In this document: positions 40,099 through 51,214 of the stretch, piece by piece
Numbering within the stretch: the stretch's first letter is position 1
How the letters are laid out: each line of letters begins with the position of its first letter
Assembly: GCA_963695895.1 (NCBI GenBank)
Contig: CAVOIK010000015.1
Location: 38,400 to 102,399, forward strand
Length of the DNA: 64,000 bases
Origin: an uncultured delta proteobacterium
GTDB taxonomy: Bacteria; Desulfobacterota; BSN033; UBA1163
Reading direction: 5' to 3'
The notes under the pieces: model-generated
What the model was told of the DNA's origin: nothing
The model's database searches: none
The model's input: only the letters and a program-made list of their open reading frames with translations
Translations under genes and position numbers: made by a program

Positions 40099-41094
40099 GT
40101 GAGAGAGAAGGGGCAACGGAAGACCTTGGAAAGACTCGTTCGTGACTTTGCAGAGGCGAAAATTCTCGTCGTTGGCGATATCATGGTAGACCGCTTTATC
40201 TGGGGCAAGGTGTCGCGGATTTCCCCGGAGGCTCCTGTTCCTGTCGTCCTTATTGACAAGGAGACTTTTCTCTTCGGAGGAGCTGCAAACGTCGTCCATA
40301 ATATCCATACCCTTGGAGGGTCCGTATCGCTCTGTGGCGTGGTGGGGGAGGATGACCTGGGGCAGAGGATTCTGAAGGGCTTGGAAGAGGTCGGGGTTCG
40401 AACCGATGGAATCTTTGTGGAACAGGGAAGACAGACGACCGTGAAAACCCGGGTCATTGCCCACCAGCAACAGGTGGTGCGAATTGACCGTGAAACGACG
40501 GACCATTTGAAGAGGTCAACGTTGCAAGAGTTGTTGAACTTCATTCATCACCATATGAAAGATTTTGACAGCATCGTTCTCTCCGATTATGGGAAGGGGT
40601 TGCTCACACGGGGGCTGATCCGGTCCCTGATCAAGAAGGCAAGACAAACCAAGACGCGCGTCTTGGTTGATCCGAAGGTGAAAAATTTTTTCTCTTACAG
40701 GGGAGCCAGCGTGATCACTCCCAACACGACTGAGGCGGGTGCAGCCTCTGGCGTGGCGATTACGGACTTGTCCTCTTTGAAGAGGGCAGGCAAGGTTCTT
40801 CTGAGACGACTCCGATGCGATATCCTCCTGGTCACTCGAGGAGAAGAGGGAATGGCCGTGTTCGAGCCTCACAAAGAACCTCTCCTCGTCCCCACCGTGG
40901 CGAAGGAAGTCTATGATGTCACTGGAGCAGGAGACACGGTCATTGGGACAATGAGTCTCGCCTTGGCTGCCGGTGCAAGTACACGTGCAGCGGCCAATCT
41001 GGCCAACTATGCCGCTGGGATCGTGGTCGGCAAGGTCGGGACAGCGACGGTCAACCGAGAGGAACTGATTCAGGTCATCAGAGAAAGCCACTGA
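40099..41094 (+). CDS. D-glycero-beta-D-manno-heptose-7-phosphate kinase (RfaE/HldE domain I only; PfkB-family sugar kinase)
   Basis: 331 aa ...ILVVGDIMVDRFIWGKVSRISPEAPVPVV...GGAANVVHNI...DVTGAGDT; no adenylyltransferase domain. Confidence 0.65.
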   Translation: MREKGQRKTLERLVRDFAEAKILVVGDIMVDRFIWGKVSRISPEAPVPVVLIDKETFLFGGAANVVHNIHTLGGSVSLCGVVGEDDLGQRILKGLEEVGVRTDGIFVEQGRQTTVKTRVIAHQQQVVRIDRETTDHLKRSTLQELLNFIHHHMKDFDSIVLSDYGKGLLTRGLIRSLIKKARQTKTRVLVDPKVKNFFSYRGASVITPNTTEAGAASGVAITDLSSLKRAGKVLLRRLRCDILLVTRGEEGMAVFEPHKEPLLVPTVAKEVYDVTGAGDTVIGTMSLALAAGASTRAAANLANYAAGIVVGKVGTATVNREELIQVIRESH

Positions 41095-41171
41095 AGAAAG
41101 GACAGAAAAGGCCCCATGCTCGGGAAAACAAGAGTACCACCGAGGTCCGAGAATGAGGCCTTTAATGTTAG

Positions 41172-41302
41172 ACCGGAGCGTGCCCCGTCCCGCCTTAGCG
41201 GGATGAGCGGGGCTTGCGGCAGGCACAATATTAAATAACAAATCATTGCCGGGAAGCCCCGCGCTGTGCCTGCCTGCGGTAGGCAGGCGCGGGGACTTCG
41301 CA
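41172..41302. repeat. BIME/REP-like mosaic repeat unit (type 2)
   Basis: gccccgtcccgccttagcgggatgagcggggc hairpin; aggcacaatattaaataacaaatcattgccgggaagccccgcgctgtgcctgcctgcggtaggcaggcgcggggacttcgc. Confidence 0.6.
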
Positions 41303-41581
41303 TTATGTTTCGAGGACGAAAATCACTTCCATTCTCACCCGGTATTCAATAATCTTTGTATTCTCCACAGCAACCCTGAACTCCACCACGCGCATCCCGG
41401 TGACACCCCTCAAAGTTTTCAATGCCCTTGAGAACCCTGTCCGGACAGCTTCATCAAACCCTTTGGGAGACCCTGCAATAATTTCTGTGACTCTTGCGAC
41501 CCTAGGCTCTGTCATTCTAATCACCTCCTTTGCCGTGAGATCGTTCACCTGACCTAAAAGTTTACACAGAATTCCGAACAA
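41303..41581 (-). CDS. dodecin-family flavin-binding protein
   Basis: 92 aa ...VARVTEIIAGSPKGFDEAVRTGFSRALKTLRGVTGMRVVEFRV...EYRVRMEV, matching the dodecin fold signature. Confidence 0.6.
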   Translation of the reverse strand: MFGILCKLLGQVNDLTAKEVIRMTEPRVARVTEIIAGSPKGFDEAVRTGFSRALKTLRGVTGMRVVEFRVAVENTKIIEYRVRMEVIFVLET

Positions 41582-41799
41582 AAGTCAACGGAAAAAAGAA
41601 TGAAGAAAGTAAGCATTTAGTTACTGGTGGCGACCTGCCCAGTGTGGTCTTCTCCGAACCCCTGTATGGCGGGTCTTCAGACGAATGGATGACGGGACTT
41701 GCGGAGCTGGGAGATTGTATTTAAGGCAGTTCGTTTCTGCAGTTGGACACGCAAGGGTACCGCCACAGGGTTTCTCCGAAGACCACACCGGCCCGGCCG

Positions 41800-41966
41800 C
41801 CTGTCATTTCTCCACCCTTGGCCGGCAAGCTGCCCCGTAAGCCCCACCCTTGAGGGCCTGCCCTTAAAGGCAGGTCCCTGCCTGCCGGCAGGCAGGAAGG
41901 GGCACAATATAAAAGGAAAGTACCTTATCGGGAAGCCCAGCCCTTTAGGGCGTGGAGCTTCACTAA
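41800..41966. repeat. BIME/REP-like mosaic repeat unit (type 1, long form)
   Basis: ...gccccacccttgagggcctgcccttaaaggcaggtccctgcctgccggcaggcaggaaggggcacaatataaaaggaaagtaccttatcgggaagcccagccctttagggcgtggagcttcac. An inverted copy lies at 54068-54215. Confidence 0.6.
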
Positions 41967-42325
41967 GAAGCTGTGAAAAGATCAAAAACGTTCAAAAAAT
42001 AGAGCTTGTCCTGCACGGACGGTTCTCTTGGAGAACTTTGGATCGGAACCCCTTGCCGTTCAATTCAATCGGCTGAATTGCAATAACTTCGTACCCTTAC
42101 TGCCACGAAATGTTGCCCGGAATATGATGCTCCGCATTCCAAAGGTGCGGAAAGAGAGCCATCCTGGAAGGGGCAAGCGCAAATGAATAGCAATTTTGTC
42201 GCGCCCTCTGAATGTTTGCGGCAAGAGAGATTATGTTGTTGATTAATTTGCCAATTGTGTTATATGTTTTTTTCGATTATATTTTCATGGGTTATGCGGG
42301 TTCAGGTGGACAGGAGTTAGAGCCG

Positions 42326-43291
42326 ATGCAGAGTGCGCAACTGCGCCAGACTCATCCATGGATTCGACAGTTCATATCCTATTTGTCGGCAGAGAAGAAT
42401 GCCTCGCCCCACACCTGTCGAAACTATCAACGGGACCTGGAGCAATTCGAAAATTTCTTGAAGGATTCAGGGACGTGTCTGACCCCGTCTGGTGAGATGG
42501 ATGTTGGCAAAGTAGATCGTCTGGTTCTTCGAAGGTATTTGAGTTTCCTTCACAAGAAAAACAAGAAGAGTTCAATCGCAAGAAAAGTCTCCACGTTGCG
42601 ATCTTTCTTCAAGTACCTCGTCCGCGAACAACTCGCATCAGCCAATCCGGCCAAGGGTGTTTCTTCTCCCAAACTGGAGAAGGTTCTTCCGACGACCCTC
42701 ACGGTGGATGAAGCCTTTCGTTTGGTGGAATCTCCTGCGGAGAAGCACGATCACCCGAACCTCAGAGACCGAGCCATTCTGGAACTTCTCTATTCGAGTG
42801 GCATTCGGGTGAGTGAGTTGGTGGGTTTGAACCTGAAGCAGCTCGATTTCGACTTAGGGCTCGTCAGGGTGATGGGAAAACGTAAGAAAGAACGGATTGC
42901 TCCTGTCGGCTCGAAAGCGATGGAATCTCTCCGTGCCTATTTGAAGGATAGGGGAGAGATGGAGGAGGAAGAACCGTTGTTTGTTAACAGTCGGGGAGGG
43001 AGGTTGACGAGTCGAAGCGTGGGACGACTGGTCAAGAAATACACGAAGCGGGCAGGTATCTTCAGAAACATTAGTCCTCACACCCTCCGTCACACCTTTG
43101 CCACTCACCTCCTCGATTCGGGAGCGGATATCCGCGAAATCCAGGAGATGCTTGGGCATGCCAGCCTCTCAACGACCCAAAGATATACTCACCTCACCCT
43201 TGGGAAGTTGATGGAAGTTTACGACAAGGCCCATCCTCGAAGCTTTGGAGCCGCCGAGTATAATAAGGAAAAAAAGAATAGTAATCAGTAG
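42326..43291 (+). CDS. xerC: tyrosine recombinase XerC (chromosome dimer resolution)
   Basis: Phage-integrase N-terminal SAM-like domain plus C-terminal RHRY catalytic residues (...HTLRHTFATHLL...GHASLSTTQRYTHL). Conserved xerC-hslV-hslU order. The ORF opens at 42212; ATG 42326 gives ~321 aa. Confidence 0.75.
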   Translation: MQSAQLRQTHPWIRQFISYLSAEKNASPHTCRNYQRDLEQFENFLKDSGTCLTPSGEMDVGKVDRLVLRRYLSFLHKKNKKSSIARKVSTLRSFFKYLVREQLASANPAKGVSSPKLEKVLPTTLTVDEAFRLVESPAEKHDHPNLRDRAILELLYSSGIRVSELVGLNLKQLDFDLGLVRVMGKRKKERIAPVGSKAMESLRAYLKDRGEMEEEEPLFVNSRGGRLTSRSVGRLVKKYTKRAGIFRNISPHTLRHTFATHLLDSGADIREIQEMLGHASLSTTQRYTHLTLGKLMEVYDKAHPRSFGAAEYNKEKKNSNQ

Positions 43292-43442
43292 TCAGTGAGC
43301 AGTAATCAGTGATCAGTGGTCAGTAATCAGTAAGCAATGACTTAATGACCAATAACTAGTGGGTTAATGACCCAATTACCCAATAACCTAATAAGCGATA
43401 ACCTGGTGACCAGTGGTTTAATGACCCAATAACCCAATGACG
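43276..43442. repeat. heptanucleotide tandem-repeat array (cagtRRt x~9, then cccaata/taatgac-type units)
   Basis: aatagtaat cagtagt cagtgag cagtaat cagtgat cagtggt cagtaat cagtaag caatgac ttaatga ccaataa ...; begins inside the last codons of xerC and fills the xerC-hslV spacer. Confidence 0.6.
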
Positions 43443-43490
43443 AGAATAATTGGAGGTCTTGTGGAGGAGGGCGATACGGGGAGACAAGTC

Positions 43491-44024
43491 ATGAAGAAGA
43501 TGCATGGTACAACGGTTCTCTGTGTTCGACACAAGGGGAAGGTCGTGATGGCTGGAGATGGCCAGATTACCCTCGAACAAACGATCATGAAGCATACGGC
43601 GAGGAAGGTCCGCAGGATTTACCAGGACAGAGTCTTGGCCGGATTTGCCGGAGCCACGGCAGATGCCTTCACCCTGTTCGCGAAATTCGAGGAGAAGCTG
43701 GAGCAGTATAACGGCAATCTGCTCAGGGGCGCTGTCGAACTGGCCAAGGACTGGAGGACGGACAGGATCCTTCGACGATTGGAGGCACTTTTGATTGTTG
43801 CCGATACGGAGCACACCCTCATCATCTCGGGAAATGGGGACGTCATCGAGCCTGATGATTCAATGACAGCCATCGGGAGCGGGGGCCCTTATGCCCATGC
43901 CGCAGCCAAAGCCCTGACCTCCTTTTCGAATCTTGATGCGCGAGCCATTGCAGAAGAGGCAATGAAGATTGCTGCGTCCATTTGCATCTACACCAATGAG
44001 CGGATCATCCTGGAGGAACTGTAG
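43491..44024 (+). CDS. hslV: ATP-dependent protease subunit HslV
   Basis: ...[39 protein letters not shown]...GSGGPYA; N-terminal Thr after a short leader, as in CodW. Confidence 0.75.
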   Translation: MKKMHGTTVLCVRHKGKVVMAGDGQITLEQTIMKHTARKVRRIYQDRVLAGFAGATADAFTLFAKFEEKLEQYNGNLLRGAVELAKDWRTDRILRRLEALLIVADTEHTLIISGNGDVIEPDDSMTAIGSGGPYAHAAAKALTSFSNLDARAIAEEAMKIAASICIYTNERIILEEL

Positions 44025-45360
44025 TGGAGAATTTTACTCCCCGTGAGATTGTTTCAGAATTAGACAAGTATATTGTCGGCCAGAAGGACGCCAAGCGCTG
44101 CGTGGCTATTGCCTTGCGTAACCGGTGGAGGCGTCAGCAAGTCCCTGAGGCTCTCCGCGATGAGATTGCACCCAAGAACATCATCATGATTGGTCCCACG
44201 GGAGTCGGAAAAACAGAGATTGCGAGAAGGTTGGCCAAGCTGGCCCAGGCTCCGTTCTTGAAAGTGGAGGCGTCGAAATATACTGAAGTCGGCTATGTGG
44301 GTCGGGATGTGGAGTCTATGATTCGGGATCTCGCGGAGCTCGCGGTGAACATGTTGAAGGCAGAGGAATCGAAGAAGGTTCGGACGAAGGCCGAGGAAAT
44401 AGCGGAAGAGAGACTTCTCGATCTTCTTCTTCCCCGTTCTGGCCGAGGGGTGCGGGGTGCATAAGGAAGAAGAGGATCAGCAAACAACACGGGAAAGACT
44501 CCGAAGACTGCTGAAGTCGGGAAAACTGGACGAGCGATATGTGGAAGTCGAGGTGACGGATCGGGGCATCCCCATCGTCGAAATCTTCTCCGCCTCCGGG
44601 ATGGAAGAAATGGACATCAACGTTAAAGAGATGTTCAGCGGCCTCTTCCCCAAGAAGAAGAAACAGAAGAAGGTCAAGGTTCCCGAAGCCCTTGGTCTCT
44701 TGGTTCAGGAAGAAGCCCAGAGACTGATCGATATGGACTCGGTGGTCAAACAGGCCATCGAGCGTGTCGAGCAATCGGGTATCATTTTTGTCGATGAGCT
44801 CGATAAGGTGGCAGGTCGCGAGTCCACCTATGGACCTGACGTGTCGAGAGAGGGCGTCCAGCGGGATATCCTGCCTATTGTGGAAGGGACGACCGTGATG
44901 ACCAAGTACGGGATGGTGAAGACCGATCATATCCTCTTCATTGCTGCAGGTGCCTTTCACGTGTCGAAGCCTTCCGATCTGATTCCGGAGCTCCAAGGTC
45001 GGTTTCCCATTCGAGTCGAGCTCGGCCCTTTGGGGAAGGATGACTTCGTCAGGATTCTGACGGAACCCGAAAACGCTTTGATCAAACAATATATCGCCCT
45101 CATGGACACAGAACGGGTCAAACTGGAATTCAAGAAGGACGGGATTGCGGAAATCGCCGCCACGGCCGCTCTGATCAATGAACGAACCGAGAACATCGGT
45201 GCGAGGAGACTCTACACGATCATGGAAAGGTTGCTTGAGGAGATTTCCTTTGATGCACCAGAGGTGGCTGGTCAAGTCCATGGTCATCGATGCAATTTAC
45301 GTGCGAGAGAAGTTGAAAGAGTTTGTGGAGGATGAAGATCTTAGTAGGTTTATACTGTGA
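44024..45360 (+). pseudogene. hslU: ATP-dependent protease ATPase subunit HslU with two apparent +1 frameshifts (~44433 in a C4 run; ~45273)
   Basis: [23 protein letters not shown]...[22 protein letters not shown]...LLDLLLP / ...[23 protein letters not shown]...[10 protein letters not shown]...[15 protein letters not shown]...[28 protein letters not shown] / [28 protein letters not shown]. The C-terminus matches E. coli ...[10 protein letters not shown]. Confidence 0.7.
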
Positions 45361-45364
45361 AAAA

Positions 45365-46438
<1,074 letters not shown>

Positions 46439-46457
46439 GAAAGAAAACTCCGGAAAC

Positions 46458-46545
46458 AATGGAGTGATGGAGTAGTGGAATAATGGAATGCTGATCATCA
46501 AGGCCTTAACCCAACACTCCATTACTCCACTACTCCAATAACCCA
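46458..46545. repeat. heptad-repeat hairpin (ggagtga tggagta gtggaat aatggaa ... ccattac tccacta ctccaat aaccc)
   Basis: The two arms are approximate reverse complements around loop ctgatcatcaaggccttaacccaa; argB-argD spacer. Confidence 0.5.
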
Positions 46546-46571
46546 GAATCTTTTCATTGAACGGAGTGATT

Positions 46572-47771
46572 ATGGATTCCAAGACGCTCATGGAGTTGTC
46601 TCAGAAGTATGTGGCGAACACGTACAATCGTTACCCCCTCGTTCTCGTTCGAGGAAAAGGAACTCGCCTTTGGGACGCAGAAGGCCGTGAATATCTCGAC
46701 TTCGTTTCCGGCCTTGCCGTCTGTAATCTGGGGCACTGTCATCCCAAAGTGGTGAAGGCGATCCAGGAACAGGCAGCAAAATTGATCCACGTCTCCAACT
46801 TCTACTACATCGAACCACAGATCAGACTCTCGTCGCTTCTCTGTGAGCATTCCTTTGCCGACAAAGTGTTCTTCTGCAACAGTGGGGCCGAGGCAAATGA
46901 GGGGGCGATCAAATTGGCCCGTAAGTATGCCAAGGACAAGATGGATGGAGATCGTTACGAGATCATCACCATGGAGCGGTCGTTCCATGGGAGAACGCTG
47001 GCCACGTTAACGGCTACTGGCCAGGAGAAGTTCCATAAGGGGTATGCCCCTCTGGTTCCCGGGTTTAAGTATGTTCCTTTCAATGACGTGGAAGCCATAA
47101 GAAAAGCCATCGACTCGAAGACGTGTGCGATCCTGGTGGAGCCCATTCAGGGGGAGGGTGGGGTGAACTGTCCGTCAGAAGGTTATCTCAAGGCTCTTCG
47201 GGACATCTGTGACACTCACAAGATGTTACTCATGTTCGATGAGGTTCAGGTGGGAATGGGAAGGACCGGCAAACTCTTTGCTTATGAACATTATGGCGTT
47301 GAACCGGATATTCTTACCCTTGCGAAATCTTTGGCAGGAGGTGTTCCGATCGGTGCCCTGTTGATCAAGAAGGGGATCGATGAGGGGTTCAAACCCGGTG
47401 ACCACGCTTCCACGTTCGGAGGAAATCCTCTGGCCACGGCAGCAGGTGTTGCGGCCTTAACCGCCATCCTTGAGGAGAAGATGCTCGAGAATTGCCAGAA
47501 GGTCGGCGCCTATTTTTATTCGAAACTCGTGCGGCTTAAGGAGAAGTTCCCCTTCATTCAGGAGGTTCGTGGTAAAGGACTGATTCTTGGGATGGAGCTA
47601 AAGATGGAGGGGGGTCCTATCGTTCTCGAAATGATGAAGAAGGGAATCCTCATCAACTGCACCATGGGGAATGTGCTCCGATTCCTTCCACCCCTCATCG
47701 TCACCGAGAAAGAGGTGGATCAGGTCGTTCAGGCCCTGGAAGAAGTCCTTGAAAACACCAAATATCAATGA
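46572..47771 (+). CDS. argD: acetylornithine aminotransferase (class III PLP aminotransferase)
   Basis: 400 aa MDSKTLMELSQKYVANTYNRYPLVLVRGKGTRLWDAEGREYLDF...MFDEVQVGMGRTGKLFAYEHYGVEPDILTLAKSLAGGVPIGA; adjacent to argB. Confidence 0.75.
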   Translation: MDSKTLMELSQKYVANTYNRYPLVLVRGKGTRLWDAEGREYLDFVSGLAVCNLGHCHPKVVKAIQEQAAKLIHVSNFYYIEPQIRLSSLLCEHSFADKVFFCNSGAEANEGAIKLARKYAKDKMDGDRYEIITMERSFHGRTLATLTATGQEKFHKGYAPLVPGFKYVPFNDVEAIRKAIDSKTCAILVEPIQGEGGVNCPSEGYLKALRDICDTHKMLLMFDEVQVGMGRTGKLFAYEHYGVEPDILTLAKSLAGGVPIGALLIKKGIDEGFKPGDHASTFGGNPLATAAGVAALTAILEEKMLENCQKVGAYFYSKLVRLKEKFPFIQEVRGKGLILGMELKMEGGPIVLEMMKKGILINCTMGNVLRFLPPLIVTEKEVDQVVQALEEVLENTKYQ

Positions 47772-47895
47772 TCCATGGACATTGACTGATGATCAATGAC
47801 TCATGACTCAATGACTCAATGACCTTACTGACCCAATGACCCAATGACTCAGTGACTGAATGACTGAATGACCTCATGACTCAGTGATCCATCGG
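47767..47895. repeat. octanucleotide tandem-repeat array (Rtgactca / atgaccca, ~13 units)
   Basis: caatgatc catggaca ttgactga tgatcaa tgactca tgactcaa tgactcaa tgacctta ctgaccca atgaccca atgactca gtgactga atgactga atgacctc atgactca gtgatcca; begins at the argD stop. Confidence 0.6.
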
Positions 47896-47924
47896 GTGCA
47901 GTAACTTCAGAGGTGAGAGATTTC

Positions 47925-50522
47925 ATGGAGCCGCGATACAATCCGACCGTGATTGAACAGAAGTGGCAGAAAATTTGGGAAGCCCAACGACTGTTCAAAG
48001 TGACGGAAGATTCGAAGAAGAGGAAGTACTATCTGCTGGAGATGTTTCCATATCCCTCTGGCCGAATTCACATGGGACACGTCCGAAACTATTCCATTGG
48101 TGACGTGTTGGCTCGTTACAAGAGAATGAGGGGGTTTAATGTCCTTCATCCCATGGGGTGGGATGCCTTCGGAATGCCTGCGGAGAATGCGGCGATCGAG
48201 CATGGTGCCCACCCTGCGAAGTGGACTTACGACAACATCGAGTACATGAAGCGCCAACTCAAACGGATGGGTTTCAGTTATGATTGGGATCGTGAGCTTG
48301 CCACCTGCGACGTTTCCTATTACCGATGGGAACAGCTTTTTTTTGTGAGGATGTACGAGAAGGGGCTCGCCTATAAGAAAAAATCTTCTGTGAACTGGTG
48401 TGAGATTTGTAAGACGGTTCTGGCGAATGAACAGGTCATGAGTGACGGGACATGCTGGAGAGGGCATGCCGACGATCCCGGAGTGACGCAGAAAGAACTG
48501 GAGCAGTGGTTTTTCAAAATCACAGACTATGCCGAAGAGCTTCTGCAATGGTGCGACAAACTGCCTGGCTGGCCGGAGCGCGTCCTCACCATGCAGAAAA
48601 ACTGGATTGGGAAGTCCGTGGGTGCCGAAATTCATTTTCCTCTGGAGAAATCGAAGGACGTTATCCGAGTCTTCACGACGCGACAAGATACGGTCTTTGG
48701 GGCCACTTTCATGAGTTTAGCTCCCGAGCATCCGCTGACGCTCAGTTTATCGAAAGGGACACCGCAGGAAGAGGCGGTGAGAGGTTTTGTTGAAAAGACA
48801 AAACGGCAGGACTGGAGAAAAAGGACGGCAGAGACGGCGGAGAAGGAAGGTGTTTTCACTGGAGCCACCTGTCTAAACCCGATGACCGGTGCAAGGATGC
48901 CTATTTTCGTCGCCAATTTTGTGCTCATGCAGTATGGAACGGGTGCGGTGATGGCTGTCCCTACCCATGACCAGAGAGATTTCGAATTTGCCAAGAAATA
49001 TGACCTTCCTTTGATCGTGGTCATCCAGCCCAAGGATCAACTCTTGGATGAGAAGACCATGACGGGGGCTTATGAAGGGGAGGGGACCCTGGTCAACTCG
49101 GGCGAGTTCAACGGAATGGAGAGCATCAAGGCAAGGGAAGCCATTGCCGAACACCTTGAACATCGAGGTCTGGGAGGGAAGAGAATCAGTTATCGTCTGA
49201 AGGATTGGGGGATCTCGCGACAACGCTACTGGGGAGCACCGATCCCCATCATTGATTGTGACCGGTGCGGAATTGTTCCAGTTCCAGAAAAGGATCTTCC
49301 CGTCGTTCTTCCGCTCAATGTGCAAGTGACTGGGATGGGAGAATCGCCCCTGGCACGATCAAAGGATTTTGTCGAGACGACATGCCCGAAGTGTGGCGGT
49401 CCAGGACGGCGAGAGACAGATACGATGGATACATTCGTTGAATCGTCCTGGTACTTCGACCGGTTTGCGTGCGCCGATTATCATCAGGGCCCTCTGGACA
49501 AGAAGAGGGTCGATTACTGGATGTCCGTCGATCAGTATATCGGCGGGATTGAACACGCCATTCTTCACCTCCTCTATTCCCGTTTTTTCACCCGGGTCTT
49601 AAAAGAAATGGGATGGGTGAGCGTGGAAGAACCTTTCACGAACCTGCTTACGCAGGGGATGGTGTGTAAGGAAATCTACGAGTGTTCGAAGGACGGGTAT
49701 CTCTATCCCGATGAGGTAGAGGTGGAAGGCGAGGGGGCTCGATGTCGGAAGTGTGGCAATGAAATTCCCATGGGTCGACTCGAAAAGATGTCCAAGTCGA
49801 AGAAGAACGTCGTGGATCCAGAATACCTGGTGGAGAAGTATGGAGCAGACACAGCCAGGATGTTTTGCCTCTTCGCTGCCCCTCCAGAAAAGGACTTGGA
49901 CTGGAATGACCAGGGGGTGGAAGGAAGCTTCCGTTTTCTGAATCGGGTCTGGCGTCTCGTCTATGACCAGCATGATCGTCTGCAGAAGGCTAACCCTGTG
50001 TCTGCTGGAGCCCTCCTCGAAGGGGACAATCTCTCTTTACGTCAGAAGGCCCACAGAACGATCAGAAAAGTGACGGAGGACATCGACCGGTTCCATTTTA
50101 ATACAGCCATCAGCGCGATCATGGAGTTGGTGAACGAGATCTACGGGTCCAAGGTGAAAGATCAAACTGAGGCACTCTCCGTCAAGGTCATGGCGGAGGC
50201 CATCGAGGCTGTTGCGTTACTGTTATCCCCCTTTGTCCCTCACTTTGCGGAAGAGCTTTGGGAAGCGCTGGGGAAAAAGGAATCGATCCTCACCCGGCCG
50301 TGGCCTGACTACGATCCTCAAGCGGTCCTGGAAGACGAGGTGCTCATCGTAGTCCAAGTAAACGGAAAGCTGAGAGATCGAGTGATCGTCCCGACTTCTT
50401 ACGGAGAGAACCAGGTGAAGGAAGCAGCACTCAAGACAGAGAAGATTCGTAGCCTTGTTGAAGGCAGAGAGATTAGGAAGGTGATTCTTGTCCCAAAGAA
50501 ATTGGTTAACATTGTGTGCTAA
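47925..50522 (+). CDS. leuS: leucyl-tRNA synthetase
   Basis: HMGH ([17 protein letters not shown]) and KMSKS motifs; 866 aa intact. The ORF opens at 47913; ATG 47925 follows a gaggtgagag SD. Confidence 0.85.
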   Translation: MEPRYNPTVIEQKWQKIWEAQRLFKVTEDSKKRKYYLLEMFPYPSGRIHMGHVRNYSIGDVLARYKRMRGFNVLHPMGWDAFGMPAENAAIEHGAHPAKWTYDNIEYMKRQLKRMGFSYDWDRELATCDVSYYRWEQLFFVRMYEKGLAYKKKSSVNWCEICKTVLANEQVMSDGTCWRGHADDPGVTQKELEQWFFKITDYAEELLQWCDKLPGWPERVLTMQKNWIGKSVGAEIHFPLEKSKDVIRVFTTRQDTVFGATFMSLAPEHPLTLSLSKGTPQEEAVRGFVEKTKRQDWRKRTAETAEKEGVFTGATCLNPMTGARMPIFVANFVLMQYGTGAVMAVPTHDQRDFEFAKKYDLPLIVVIQPKDQLLDEKTMTGAYEGEGTLVNSGEFNGMESIKAREAIAEHLEHRGLGGKRISYRLKDWGISRQRYWGAPIPIIDCDRCGIVPVPEKDLPVVLPLNVQVTGMGESPLARSKDFVETTCPKCGGPGRRETDTMDTFVESSWYFDRFACADYHQGPLDKKRVDYWMSVDQYIGGIEHAILHLLYSRFFTRVLKEMGWVSVEEPFTNLLTQGMVCKEIYECSKDGYLYPDEVEVEGEGARCRKCGNEIPMGRLEKMSKSKKNVVDPEYLVEKYGADTARMFCLFAAPPEKDLDWNDQGVEGSFRFLNRVWRLVYDQHDRLQKANPVSAGALLEGDNLSLRQKAHRTIRKVTEDIDRFHFNTAISAIMELVNEIYGSKVKDQTEALSVKVMAEAIEAVALLLSPFVPHFAEELWEALGKKESILTRPWPDYDPQAVLEDEVLIVVQVNGKLRDRVIVPTSYGENQVKEAALKTEKIRSLVEGREIRKVILVPKKLVNIVC

Positions 50523-50526
50523 GAGG

Positions 50527-51105
50527 ATGACAGCGCTTTTTCACCACAGACACACAGAAAACGCAGAGGAGGGATTGTTTGCTTTGCGTTCTCGGCGCCT
50601 TTGCGGTGAAATCATTCTCTTATTTCTTCTTGTTGTTCTTTGTGGATGTGGCTACCAACTGACTGGGAAGTCGACCCATCTCCCTGCTGGGATCACCTCT
50701 CTCGCCATTCCCACGTTCAGCAACCAAACCTTGGAGCCCGGGATTGAAGTTCCTTTAACCCAATCCTTTTTGAGGGAATTTATGTTCGATGGAAGAGTCA
50801 AGGTCCTGAGCCCGAAGGAGGCAGACACGATCCTAGAAGGGAGCATCAAGACCTTTCGGATTCGGTCGGTCTCCTATAATGAGTCCGGTCTTGTCCAAGA
50901 ATACCAGGTCGCTTTAACCGTCGATTTGACATTAACAAAGTCTTCCGGCGAAATCGTGTGGAAAGATGATAATTTGACGGAAATCCGGTGGTATCGAGCT
51001 TCTTTTGGCGGTGTCATCAACGAAGCCAGCAAGAATAGTGCGGTCCAGGAGCTCGGAAAATTCATGGCGGAACGGGTAAAGAGTCGTTTCTTCTACAACT
51101 TTTGA
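50527..51105 (+). CDS. lptE: LPS-assembly lipoprotein LptE (RlpB-like)
   Basis: Signal/lipobox ...RRLCGEIILLFLLVVLCGCGYQL; the conserved leuS-lptE-holA neighbourhood supports identity. The start is uncertain (ATG 50527 or TTG 50576); the upstream-motif copy C overlaps this region. Confidence 0.55.
   Translation: MTALFHHRHTENAEEGLFALRSRRLCGEIILLFLLVVLCGCGYQLTGKSTHLPAGITSLAIPTFSNQTLEPGIEVPLTQSFLREFMFDGRVKVLSPKEADTILEGSIKTFRIRSVSYNESGLVQEYQVALTVDLTLTKSSGEIVWKDDNLTEIRWYRASFGGVINEASKNSAVQELGKFMAERVKSRFFYNF
50573..50610 (+). promoter_or_regulatory. copy C of conserved '...tttgcg...gcgcctttgcggtgaaa' motif
   Basis: ttgtttgctttgcgttctcggcgcctttgcggtgaaatc; shares gcgcctttgcggtgaaa with copy B and ctttgcg/ggtgaaa with copy A. 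Confidence 0.3.
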
Positions 51106-51126
51106 TCCAAAGAGCATTCCCTTCCC

Positions 51127-51176
51127 ACGGGCAAGTCGGCTGGATGCCCCGCCTTGGGGCGGGGAGCTTCATTCAC
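51127..51176. repeat. REP-like short unit
   Basis: gggcaagtcggctggatgccccgccttggggcggggagcttcat, the same module as at 54763-54800 and 61716-61745. Confidence 0.5.
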
Positions 51177-51214
51177 GCATCCCTTTGGTTTACGACCTGC
51201 CGTCCTGAGGGGAG

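Noticed and set aside
37560-41975. Repeated palindrome ctgcctgccggcaggcagg and the 'gggcacaatat' box considered as a CRISPR array
   Set aside because: Copies are irregularly spaced (0.7-1.5 kb apart, each between genes), accompanied by different modules, with no uniform spacer-repeat periodicity and no cas genes. They are REP/BIME-like.
42212-42325. N-terminal 38-aa extension of the xerC ORF (MFAAREIMLLINLPIVLYVF...)
   Set aside because: Hydrophobic AT-rich read-through upstream of a good ATG (42326) that yields a normal-length XerC. The extension is not conserved-looking.
42326-43291. Tyrosine recombinase as a marker of a mobile element or genomic island
   Set aside because: Conserved xerC-hslV-hslU housekeeping synteny and no adjacent transposase, tRNA or direct repeats. 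It is chromosomal XerC rather than a phage or integron integrase.
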